51,734 bases of DNA. Source: Octopus bimaculoides. Taxonomy: Eukaryota. The position numbers and the translations under genes were made by a program. Under the pieces are notes generated by a model. It worked only from the letters and a program-made list of their open reading frames with translations, made no database searches and was not told the origin of the DNA. Shown piece by piece: positions 13,162 through 24,950 of the stretch (the stretch's first letter is position 1; each line of letters starts with the position of its first letter). The stretch lies in NCBI RefSeq assembly GCF_001194135.2, contig NC_068993.1:25548317-25600050 (forward strand), given 5' to 3'.

Positions 13162-13821
13162 GCACATACATACATATGCACATACATACATGCATACATG
13201 CATACATGCATATATGCATACATACATGCATACATACATATATATATATGTATATATATATATAAAAATGATTTTGTGTGCATATGTGAGTGTGTGTGTG
13301 TGTGAACATGTGTGTGCATGTGCATGTATGTGTATATGTGTGTGTGTGCATCTGTGTGTGTCTATTTTTATATGCCTACAAATAGAGAACATTAACTAAA
13401 TAAAGAACACACAAGTATTAATATACTCACAAACACATATATATATGTGGATGCGTGTGTATTCTTCATGCATTACACAACGTTTTGGGATAATTTGAAA
13501 TTTAAGGTATGCTTTTCTGTAATAAAATACTGTGATATCATTGCCATACTAATTTTATTACAAGCATTTTGCATGTTTGCAGATATCAGGTGACTATTTA
13601 AAGTGGCTATCACTACCAGGTAACCAAAATATTTTGAGTATTCAATTGGATAAAAGTATGAACAAAAGGATGGACTACATGTGACTGTAACTGGATTTGG
13701 ATAAACACTAGACAATGAATGAGCTTAGTAATATAGATGACAATAACAACAAACTTTCAATTGCTAACCCAAATATAACAGAAGCTTAGCTCTATGAGCA
13801 AAATTTCTTCTGAATTCTAAT

Positions 13822-14034
13822 AATTCTTTCTGCTATAGGCACAAGACCTGAAACTTTAGGAGAGGAGGTCTAGTTGATTACATTGTCTGCAAGACTCAAC
13901 TGGTACTTATTTATCAACCACAAAAAAATTAAAGGCAGACTTTGGTGGTATTTGAACTCAGAACATAAAAGCAGATGACATATCACTGATCATTTTGTCC
14001 AGCATGTTAACAATTCTGTCAGCTCACCACCTTT
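13822..14034 (-). mobile_element. SINE family A copy
   Basis: Reverse complement of the family A head, B box and tail. Confidence 0.75.
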
Positions 14035-14039
14035 ACTGC

Positions 14040-14061
14040 CGAACACTACTACTACTACTAC

Positions 14062-14139
<78 letters not shown>

Positions 14140-14141
14140 TG

Positions 14142-14200
<59 letters not shown>
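14040..14200. repeat. (CTA)n/(TAA)n microsatellite, ~50 units
   Basis: Seen directly; source of the poly-I/L/Y ORFs in the track. Confidence 0.98.
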
Positions 14201-14201
<1 letters not shown>

Positions 14202-15221
14202 GAAAATAAGAAAAAAACACAAATGACAGATTTGTTTATATTTAAAGCAAGTATGATGATAGTGGCATGAAAAGTTTAAGAATAGTGAAAGCTGTGAAAC
14301 TTGAAACAATGAAATCTAGAAATATAAAATCTGTGATACTATCATCAGTTTGTCCTTAAAAGAAATTGATAAATTGATGAAAGGTTCAGATTCTTATCAC
14401 AACATCAAAATCTGACTGAATCTACAAAGTGTTTTCTCAAAGATTATGTGATGAGTCAGTTCATGTTTGTAAATTTGATAAAATTTGAACTAAAAGACTC
14501 TGCGAAGAAGATGGTATGATTCATATGAAATTCATAAAGAGAATGCAATCATGTGAACATTATTCGAACTCCTTAGAATATATTCAGTCAGGTGATCCAA
14601 ATTTTAATGTAAGCATTAAATTCAATCAGTAGCTTGAAATGATTTCTAAATTTCAGATGATTGAAATGCATGCATGCACACATGCACACAAGCATACATA
14701 CATGCACATTGTGTCACATGTTAATAGAAATAGATATAAATCTGATTCTAAATATAATATATAACTTTCATAGATATATTCAATATACTCCATAAAAATG
14801 TACTGCACTTGGTAAAATTTGTTTTAAAAGAGGAGGAAAAAATATTCCCCGCCTCCTCCTACACAAAAAAAATTGGTGAAGAAATTGAAAATGAAGATTC
14901 TGCAAGGTTTTTTTTAAAGAAATTGACATAAAAATACTTCAAGGATAAATTAAAATTCAATAGTTTTAATGCTAAAACACAAGTTGACACTTGCAGAAAA
15001 TGTGATCTGAAACTAAAGCAATTTGAAGGATCATCCATTAAAATTTTGGGGAAAGTTTGATACATTGTTGATGAACCTAAAAATATCACAGTAGGATTAG
15101 GAGGGACATAATGTTGATAGTTCAACATTAAATCATAAAAGTGAAGCTCTACAGGACAATTTGAAGACTAAGGGATTTTTTAAGTGAGCATTAGTCAAAG
15201 TAAAGGTGAGGAAACTAAACA

Positions 15222-15385
15222 ATGGTTTCAAATTTTGGCACAAGGCCAGTAATTTGGGAAGTAGTTGTAAATCAATTACATCAACCACATTATTAAACTG
15301 GTACTTATTTTATCAACCCTGGAAGGATGAAGGGCAAAGTTGGTCTCAGTGGTGTGCTAATGATACTGTCAATTCACTGCCTTAA
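15222..15385 (-). mobile_element. SINE family A copy with internal deletion
   Basis: Tail and middle match the other copies; the B-box segment is missing. Confidence 0.65.
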
Positions 15386-15971
15386 ATAAAGAAGGTCCTT
15401 TTGTAGTTGTGTGAAAATCAGATATCTCAGAATATGCAGAAGATGCAGTTGGCATAAATGAAAGAACTTTTTTATATTTTTACCCAACTTTAAATAATGA
15501 ATCTACATTGCATTCTCTTTCTAGCATGAAATATTATGTTAATTTGGGTTTATAGAGGGTATATCATGAGACAGAAAGGTGTTCAGAAGCAAGAGAGATT
15601 ACTATGATAAATATACTAATGGGTATTTTAAGATGAACAGTGTCTTGCATATGGAATGAAAATAACTAGCACTGGGTTACAAAAAGCATTTGAACATGTT
15701 GGAAATGACATTGATAATGTTATTTAGGAAGACAGTGTATGTATTGGTGCTAAAATTGTTGAAAATTCATAGCAAGATAAGTAACATCATAATTAGGTTG
15801 GAATTGTCAGGCATGGTAATCAACAAAAATGCATCTATTTTAAAGACTGCAAGTGTTTGGGTACGTATCACTATAAACACTTATGAAGTTTGAGGTGGAA
15901 TTTTTCACTGTGAATATTTATGCAAGAGATTGAGTATATTTTCTTGAATCACAGTATCTCTCTGTCTCCTT

Positions 15972-16002
<31 letters not shown>

Positions 16003-16017
16003 CATACATACATACAT

Positions 16018-16060
<43 letters not shown>

Positions 16061-16452
16061 GAACGTTTCAAAATGTAAAGGTCTTTTAGAGATGTTTATT
16101 CGCTTGACCAGTTTCACTTTTTTAGAAAAAGATTATCAAAAGTTATCACAAAAGTATTAAAATACAGTTATACAGTCTTTGATAATGATATGAAAATGTT
16201 AAAAACAGTTTACATGAAAGTGTTCAAGAAAGGGAATGCAATAAGTATTTTGAGTTCAATAAAAATCATGTTTGTGTGGTAGTATATATATACAGGAGAC
16301 ATATTTAAGAATTTACAAAAAATTGGAGTGGAATAACTGACCTGTCTGTTTGATGTTTTCTGTCTTGTGAGTAGCTAAGAAATTTTGCTATTTTAAGGGA
16401 TAGTGTGGGAGGCTGGTTGCAGGGTGGGGGGGGGGAGAATTGAGAATGCGAA

Positions 16453-17465
16453 TTGGATGACTGCCTCATCCTATGGTCCAACACACTCGATCAAGTCAAT
16501 GATTTCAAAAATTTAATCAACAGTGTCAACAACCATATCCAATTTACAATGGAATATAGTCAAGACCAACTTCCTTTTTCTTGACATTCTCATTATAAAA
16601 AGAGGCACCAACATTGAAACTGATATCTACTACAAACCAACTGATTCCAAACAATACCTCATGTTCACCTCCAATCACCCAAAGCACATGAAGACAAACA
16701 TCCCCTTCAGCCTAGCAGGAAGAATCTGTACAATTGTCTCAAATTATAGAATGTGAAATAAAAGACTCCAAGAACTAAAGGCAATTCTTCTCGAAAGACA
16801 TTACCCAGCATCATTAGTTGACAATGGTATAGAACAGGCCAAGACTTATGAAAAGTGAAACACACACAAGGTACATTAAATAGTCTCCCATATCTATCAA
16901 CACACAATCCAAGAAATGCAGAAGCTTACACAATTATATACAGGAACATCTTACTACTGAGTCAAGACCCACATCTAAAAATAGCATTCAAAACCCATAA
17001 AATAATATAAAGCAAGAGACAACCCAAATTCCTAAAAAAACCTACTCTCCAATGCAAAATTACCCAACACAAGCCCACCCAGTGTCAAAAAATGTGGTCA
17101 TTGTAACTGCAGGCTTGCATCCACCTCATTGAAGGAACAATATACAAATTCCAGTTGGGACACACTTTTGTCGTAAAAAATAACTTGACCTGCGCATCAA
17201 AGTATTTACTTTATGCCATAAGGTGTGAAGGGTACCACAAAGATTACACAGGGCAAACGAGTCTTACCTTCAGAGAAAAGATGACAGTCCACCACCAACA
17301 ATTGAGGGACCCCACCACAAGACAGATACCACTTAGTGGTCACTTAGATCTCTGCACAAAACAAGTCCCCCAAATTCCTAGTTTTCCCACTATACCAATG
17401 CTCAGACAACACTGACCAAACACGAAGAAATAGGGAAAATAATCTTATTCAAAAATACAGATCAC
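16453..17465 (+). mobile_element. Penelope-like element (RT C-terminal half plus GIY-YIG endonuclease), 5'-truncated and frameshifted
   Basis: LDDCLILW (RT motif C), FLDILIIK...TDIYYKPTDSKQYL...HPKH, Cys linker KKCGHCNC, and LLYAIRC...DYTGQT GIY-YIG motif. Confidence 0.85.
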
Positions 17466-18900
17466 AACTCAGCATACTCTAACACACATCCCAGGTACAC
17501 ACCCACAACAAACACACACAGAAACGCATAAAGAGGTACAAAACACACACACAATATAACGCAACCCTCCCACACACACATACACACATACATATACACA
17601 CACACAAACAATATCCCCACACTTGAGCACAAACCCACACACACTCCAAGAAAAAGCACATACACNNNNNNNNNNNNNNNNNNNNNNNNNNNNNNNNNNN
17701 NNNNNNNNNNNNNNNNNNNNNNNNNNNNNNNNNNNNNNNNNNNNNNNNNNNNNNNNNNNNNNNNNNNNNNNNNNNNNNNNNNNNNNNNNNNNNNNNNNNN
17801 NNNNNNNNNNNNNNNNNNNNNNNNNNNNNNNNNNNNNNNNNNNNNNNNNNNNNNNNNNNNNNNNNNNNNNNNNNNNNNNNNNNNNNNNNNNNNNNNNNNN
17901 NNNNNNNNNNNNNNNNNNNNNNNNNNNNNNNNNNNNNNNNNNNNNNNNNNNNNNNNNNNNNNNNNNNNNNNNNNNNNNNNNNNNNNNNNNNNNNNNNNNN
18001 NNNNNNNNNNNNNNNNNNNNNCACACATATATACACGCAATACAATCCCAACAATCACAACAAACACTCACAAGCACACAGACATACACACACACATACA
18101 CACAAGCATGCACACACATACACAATAACACACACCACCCTGACAAATACAAGACACATAGACACACACACACACAAACACACCCACACATATACACACA
18201 CACTGCACAAACAATACAAACAAAACAAAACACTCACAAATACAGCACACACACACACACATGTGCATACACACCCGGAAACTACATAAACCACATCGAC
18301 ATACACACACACAAACGCATACTCAGTACCAACATGCAGAGAACGTACATGCACACATACACATCACCAGGATAAACGTAACACACTCAGAATCCCTGAT
18401 AAATACAACACACTCACACACAAATACACACCCACATACACATGCATCCCCACACACATACGGTTGCTCATACAAACACACACACACGCCACCAGGACAA
18501 TTATAACAACACAAACATACTCAGAGACACACACACACTCACTTACACACACTCTCACATATACATACATAACATACCCACTAACACAAAACACATACAA
18601 GCATACACATGCACACACATACAGACGCACACATACACACACATGTGCACACACAACACCCTGACAAATACAAATGACACACATACACACACACACAGAA
18701 ACGTGCACACATATACACACATCATCCTGCTAAATATAAAACACACACATACACAGATCCATACATACACCACACTAAACTCTAGGACCAATCAAAAATG
18801 GCCCACACACACACACACAAATACAAGCACATATATATACACACACACATAGAGACGTGCACAGACACAGACACACACAGACACACACACTCACACCATT
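17466..18900. repeat. Complex CA-rich satellite containing a 356-N gap
   Basis: Degenerate (CA)n with recurring higher-order words such as CACCCTGACAAATACAA (~18135, ~18657) and CACCAGGA(C/T)AA. Confidence 0.9.
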
Positions 18901-18939
18901 CTGACCTCTAAAACCAGTCCATTGAAAGCAAAGACTTGT

Positions 18940-19065
18940 GTGCCTTTCATAACTGTCTCAACAAGTTGGTATAGTATTCTCCATTGATGGTGTGGCCCTT
19001 TCAAAAACAGTCAATAAACACAATACCTTTTGTACCCTAAAAAACAGAGGCCATTCCCACCATTA
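18940..19065 (-). mobile_element. Mariner transposase fragment
   Basis: Translates MASVF*GTKGIVFIDCF*KGHTINGEYYTNLLRQL, matching the mariner catalytic-domain pattern. Confidence 0.7.
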
Positions 19066-19966
19066 CTATCATCATCATCAATACTAAAACAGTACAATCA
19101 GCATCCATCCCGGAAATGCACCAAATTTTTAATATCAACTCACAGCAACAATAATACCATCTGTATGATAGCAATGTCTGTAGCTACATATGTTGTATAC
19201 CATCACAACGTGTGCATGTGTGTGCGCATGTGCATATGAGAAGTGTGGATTTTTATGTTTCATGTCAAAAGTTTTTAAGACTCGAGTACAAGGAGCAAAG
19301 TGTCCGTGAAGTTAGTAACCCTTCAATCAACACTAACCAAATAGTACTTCATCCTACCTCAATCTGTCACTCTTTCATCTTTCCATTTCCATTCTTACAT
19401 TCATAAGAATAAGATGGCAATTTTTTGCTCTCACAAAACAGTTCTTTCATAATGTTTCTTTATTTTACTTCATATTTGTTGTGGATACTTATTGATCACT
19501 GCACTTTAGTAATTGGATGGTTAAAGGGAATAAAACAAGAACTATGGACTCTAATCTAATCACTCTTGGTTTCAAATGAGTTGTCTTAGTTACTTTAACT
19601 GATAAACAATACTGGCTGAATTTTAGATAAAAAAGTTGAAGAAATATTCTTTTAATAAAACTGTAGACTGTGGCAAGATAATTCAAATACTGTTTGCTGC
19701 CACAACCCTGCCTAGGAGATAAGAATGTTTCCCTTTGAGTTTGTTTTTGTATTGAATAACAACATTTAGTGTCCAATATGATCTTGATGACAGCACAGAA
19801 ATATATATATAGAAAAGTAAGAATATTGTGTAGATTCCAGTTTAAAGATTCACTAATAGTTTAATATTGTTTGAACATGTTTTGATAGCTGAATATTTGC
19901 CATAACATGAGGGTGGTGCTCTAGATGAAAGAACACTATAAGGTATAAGTGATTCAGTTGACTTAC

Positions 19967-20089
19967 CTGAGCAAGAATGTCCATCAATCTCCAGAGTATA
20001 GCCTTGATTACACTCACATAAGTAGCTGCCCTCTGTATTAATACACCGGTGGGCACATCTTCCATTATCCTTTGTACACTCATTGATAT
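19967..20089 (-). CDS. Exon: calcium-binding EGF ([41 protein letters not shown])
   Basis: ttctag|ATATCA acceptor, TCAG|gtaagt donor, 123 nt, cbEGF consensus. Confidence 0.95.
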
Positions 20090-20241
20090 CTAGAACACAA
20101 CCAAAAACCATGTTGGACATGATGTATATCACAAGGATAAGTCACTGTGACATAATAACCAACAGCATATAAAATATGTTGTATCTTGAAAACACTAAGC
20201 ACAGTATCTTTTATCTAACAATACCAATTTATTGACCTTAC

Positions 20242-20436
20242 CTTTACAAGTAGCACTATGTCTTGACCATGTTCCATTTATAAGACAACTCACTGTTGGA
20301 TATCCTGCAAGCATGAAACCATCTTGACAGCTGATAACACAAACAGTTCCAACGTCAATATGACCTTTAATGTCTGTGCATTTATTGTTGTTTACCAAAG
20401 CGTTATCAGGAACTTGGAATTGGTCACATCCATCAG
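20242..20436 (-). CDS. Exon: 6-Cys Sushi/CCP domain (SDGCDQFQVPDNALVNNNKCTDIKGHIDVGTVCVISCQDGFMLAGYPTVSCLINGTWSRHSATCK)
   Basis: tcttccatag|CTGATG acceptor, AAAG|gtaagg donor, 195 nt, Sushi signature. Confidence 0.93.
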
Positions 20437-20846
20437 CTATGGAAGAAAATGCCAAAGCAGGGAAAAAATGTAAGATTGTTTTTGTGAGATGAGAGGTCAA
20501 TGAAATGAACCATATCATATTTTTTACAATTCTGATACCTTATGGGTGAGCCATATATTCCTTGTAGTGAATAAAAAAGTTAATTCTTCTTTAAGATATT
20601 CTCATGGTAAATTTTGAACTTAGCATTTCAAAGTATAAAAAATAATAAAACTGATGTAAAAGATTTTGAATTTAAGAAGTGAGAGTTTTATATAAATAAA
20701 ACTCAAGAATAAGGGAAAGAACCTTGTATTGAAATAGGCCCTCACTAATCAAGGACTTTATGTAAAGCTTGGTATGGTTTTCAAAGGTACTGATGAATGG
20801 ATAATAAGGATGTCAAAATGTGCTGAAAGTAATGAATATTTATATA

Positions 20847-22075
20847 CAGGGTGAAAGGAATATTTGAGGACATTTCATTTTTAGTTCATCTTCAAATTAT
20901 TTAATGTATCATTTTTTTTTTCAGATAACCATTTCAAAATATCATACTAACTCAAGAAATGAAAAGACATGCAGTCATAGTTGCTATACATGCAAACCAC
21001 TTTCTAAATGTTACAAGATCATTTGTACACAAAGTTCGGTTGGAATTGGAGGCATGTGATGGTAATATTTCACATGTATCAAAGAGAAAAAACATTCACA
21101 TTGCTCTGACACTAAAAGGACACCAGAATTTACACAACATGCTCAAAACATTATCGATGAAAACCCCAGAGGACCAATGAAGTCCATTGCTAAAGAACTT
21201 CAGGTGTCAGAGTGGACTACCAAAACTGTGGTACACCGTGACATTTAATACAAGTCCTATGTAGTGAGGAAAGGCCAATTTGTGTCTGCAAAGACACAGG
21301 AAAACCATCTCATCCATTCAAAATGGTTACTTAACAAAGTAAAAAACTCTCATGAACAGAGCATGTCTTGATTTTTCTCTGACAGAAAAAGCTTTGATCA
21401 GGATCAAAAGTCTAACAGAAGAAATGACAGGTGGTTATGTGCAGATCCTTCTGAAGTACCTAGAGTGATGCACACGAAATTTCCAGCAACTTTGATGGTT
21501 TTAGGAGTGGCGAGTAGCAAAGGTCATGTGATACCTCCCCACTTTCTTCCACAGGGTCTTAGAATTAATACTACTGGATACATTGAAGTACTGGAAACTC
21601 TTATTAAGCCCTGGATTGATGAAGCATGCAATGGAAGGCCATACATGTTTCAACAAGACTCAGCCCCTTCTCACAAAGCCTTAGTCACCCAAGAATGGTT
21701 GTCAGACAATCGTTATGATTATGTAACACCTAATATGGGGCCTCCAAATTTGAACCTCATGGACTACTACGTGTGAAGCATTGTTGAGAGGGAGACTAAA
21801 CGTCATCCTCATAATACCATAGCTTCACTGAAGGCTACCATTGTCCAGGTGATATCCGAAATGAATAAGAACCATATAATGTCAGCATGCCAGTGGTTTC
21901 AGTCCCACACTGAAGCAGTCATCGAAGCTGAAGGTGGTTTCATAGAATAATTTGCTTAAAAAATCATTATCTAAACTAATTGCACAAATGTTTATTCAAA
22001 TACATATTTATTTATGCTAAAATATAGTTGTTTTATGGTATACTAAAACTGTCCTCAAATACCCCTCATACCCTG
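20847..22075 (+). mobile_element. Full-length decayed Tc1/mariner-superfamily transposon, DD37D (maT)-like
   Basis: TA at 20845-46 and 22076-77; imperfect TIRs CAGGGT..AGG..TATTTGAGGACA. Transposase relic 20959-21950 (FSD, QQDSAPSH, LNLMDYYV, EGGFIE*) with stops and frameshifts. Confidence 0.88.
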
Positions 22076-22824
22076 TATATGTCAAATAAATAGACCCACA
22101 CTTTTGAAGATGACTATTTCATAAACACATGTACAGAATCAACATGACACAGTGGATGATGAGACTAGCTCTTTGGATTACAGTCCATCCAACTAGCTTC
22201 AACACAGGTTTATTTTGCCTGCCAAGTTACACTCACAAAATTTGAGTCAACATGAGACTATGGTCAATGACACTTGCTCAAGATGCCATGGTGTGAGATA
22301 GAACCAAGGACCTCAACTATAATGCCACATTCTTAACAATCCAGCCATACCTGCACCCTTACATTTATAAATAAGATACAGATGAAAAGTTCAGGAGAGC
22401 AAAACCTAATTAGTATAGCATTACAAGGAAGGCTGAATAAAAACACTGCATAACCTGTGACTTCTCAATGGAAAAAGAAGTGTCAACCAATTGGATTGAT
22501 TTCTTCTGGATTTAATCTAGAATTTTAAAAGAGGTAGTAACCCTACCCAACTCCCATGGGCTAAGTCTATGGTTTGACCCAAGTCGAGTCATTTCATTTC
22601 ACTTATAGCATATACTTGTGATTTTTATCAGTTAATAACCTGGACAAAGATGAGATTAGCTAGAATCATTTCGTTGTTGATGTTACTACAGACAAAGTCT
22701 TTGGCAATGACCAACTGATGCTTTCAATAAGATTTTTTATTTTTTTAATATTAACCATATTTAAAGATGAAAGATTTTTTAATATTTATCTCTACCCAGT
22801 TTGATTCCCAATTATCATCTAGAT

Positions 22825-23272
22825 CAGAGGTTCTCAATGTGGGCAGTACTGCCACCAAGGGGGAAGAATGTTGAAGTGGGTGTTAGACTTTAGTGGGCAG
22901 TTAGGTAACATAATTAACATAATTTTACGTATAGTAGTAATTATATTATACATGATAAAACTAGTAATGCTTATTAAAATTAAGCAATGGTTATTAAGTT
23001 AAAATACATGATAAAACTAGTAATGGTTATTAAAACTTGTAATGTATAAAGTAAATTTACAATTTTTGTCTTCATTAATTGTTTTTTATCATTTCACTGT
23101 TAAAAACTTATAAATCCATTTTTAGAGTAAAATTTATAAATTATTGTCCATGTTAAGTTAGCTTAAATGTGATACGTCACCCACCACTTGGGTGGGTGCT
23201 AAGCATAGCAACTATTCAAAAGGAGCTGGGTGGGTGGGGGCTACAAAAAGAAAAATTGGTTAAGGACCACTG
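22825..23272. mobile_element. hAT (Charlie-like) MITE, 448 bp
   Basis: TIRs CAGAGGTTCTCAA / CAGTGGTCCTTAA; perfect 8-bp TSD ATCTAGAT at 22817-22824 and 23273-23280. Confidence 0.85.
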
Positions 23273-23368
23273 ATCTAGATGTATACACACAAGTAGATGT
23301 GTCGATAGTAGTAAACTGGATTAGAACTAATGACCTTCTTTTGCCAAACTATAGATAATAATGTTTAT

Positions 23369-23573
23369 CCCTTTCACATTCAGATTATTCTGTCAAATGT
23401 AATACTTACTTATTCACATAGTCTTAAATATAGCTTTGAGATTTTGATGATGTGATTAAATATTTTTAGAATGACATGTTAGGGTAAGGTATGAGAGGCC
23501 AAATCTGGCTGGTCTGAATATAAAACAGGTAGAATATTCTGGCCAGGATGTGGTTGGTTTAAATGTTAAAGGG
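23369..23573. mobile_element. piggyBac-type MITE, 205 bp
   Basis: TIRs CCCTTTCACATT / CCCTTTAACATT (11/12 identical), flanked by TTAT and TTAA. Confidence 0.65.
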
Positions 23574-24229
23574 TTAATCTCCTGAGGCATTTAAATATGT
23601 CAGTGGCCTAGTAGATTAGCTTAATGTCTGAAAATGATATAGTTTTATAAACAACAACTCTTCTAAGACAGACATTTGGTATATTGTGTAATTGGATGTT
23701 TTATTGAAGAGTATATCTGCCAAGAGGTCAGTAGTTTGTATGCTGTCACTGCTACTACATTATACCTGTGGCTTAGACACTTAGCTCTTAAATATAGCAA
23801 CAGCCAAGATACTTAATTATCAGATGGCCTGGGTCACCAAATTTTAAATAGGTACTGCAGTTTAAATTCTGTTGTTACAACTTGAAGAAATGTAGGCTTT
23901 ACCAAACAGACTTGCATTATATAATCTACTTGAAAACATTGGTTAATGGGACTCAATACATTACAAAAACTTAACAGGGCAGTGGATTGACGGAATCATG
24001 AGAATAATATACAAAATTCCTAATGGTATTTATTTGTGGCTCTTTACTTTTTGAGTTCTAATCCCACTAAGGTCAACTTTAACTTTCATCCTTCTGTAGA
24101 GATCAAATGAAGTATCAGTCTAATACTGGGGTCAATTCAATCTTCTGATAATGCATACAAGAATTAGAGTAGAAGAGACTTAGACATTTTATAATTTCCA
24201 CAAGTCAAACAAGAAGCAAATTTACTTAC

Positions 24230-24352
24230 ATGTGCAAGAGTGTTTATCAGTGTCCAGAGAGAAACCTTGATTACATTCACAGAAGTAGCTTCCCACTGTA
24301 TTCACACATTGATGGTCACATCTACCATTGTCCTCCTGACATTCATTCCAGT
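24230..24352 (-). CDS. Exon: calcium-binding EGF (DWNECQEDNGRCDHQCVNTVGSYFCECNQGFSLDTDKHSCT)
   Basis: tctgtag|ACTGGA acceptor, ACAT|gtaagt donor, 123 nt, cbEGF consensus. Confidence 0.94.
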
Positions 24353-24459
24353 CTACAGAAACCACACAAGAGCATATTAGAATAGCTCCCATAGAGGGGC
24401 CATTAACACAATACATATGTGTGTGTGTGTATGTGTGTGTATGTACATACATATATATT

Positions 24460-24490
<31 letters not shown>

Positions 24491-24493
24491 TAA

Positions 24494-24543
<50 letters not shown>

Positions 24544-24545
24544 GT
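24460..24545. repeat. (GACA)n(GATA)n tetranucleotide microsatellite
   Basis: Seen directly. Confidence 0.97.
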
Positions 24546-24882
24546 AGGTAAGTTTTAAACTGGAAAACTTTCTACATTATTAATACTGTGTTACTGTGTT
24601 GATATACATTTATCATTATTTGTTTCATTGATATCAAGAAATTCACTGAAAATTATATTGAAATGTCTGTTGCTAAGAAGGTATTAGTGGGAGATAACAC
24701 ACAGACACAAACATCAATATTGATTTCTTTTAACTAGACCTAAGACCCTTTATGTAGAATATAAGAATAGGCAATTTAATTGACTCCAGTATATCACTTG
24801 TACTATAGCAAAAAAAAAAAAAAAAAAAAAAAAAAATGAAAAATACAAAAAAAGCTGCTTATAGGGAGATTTGAACTTTGAA

Positions 24883-24884
24883 TG

Positions 24885-24948
<64 letters not shown>

Positions 24949-24950
24949 CA
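24883..24950. repeat. (AAT)n microsatellite
   Basis: Seen directly. Confidence 0.97.

Noticed and set aside
15421-15900. Coding-looking decayed segment with a possible CxC...H (SWIM-like) pattern
   Set aside because: Multiple stops and no motif I can assign confidently; at most an old transposon relic.
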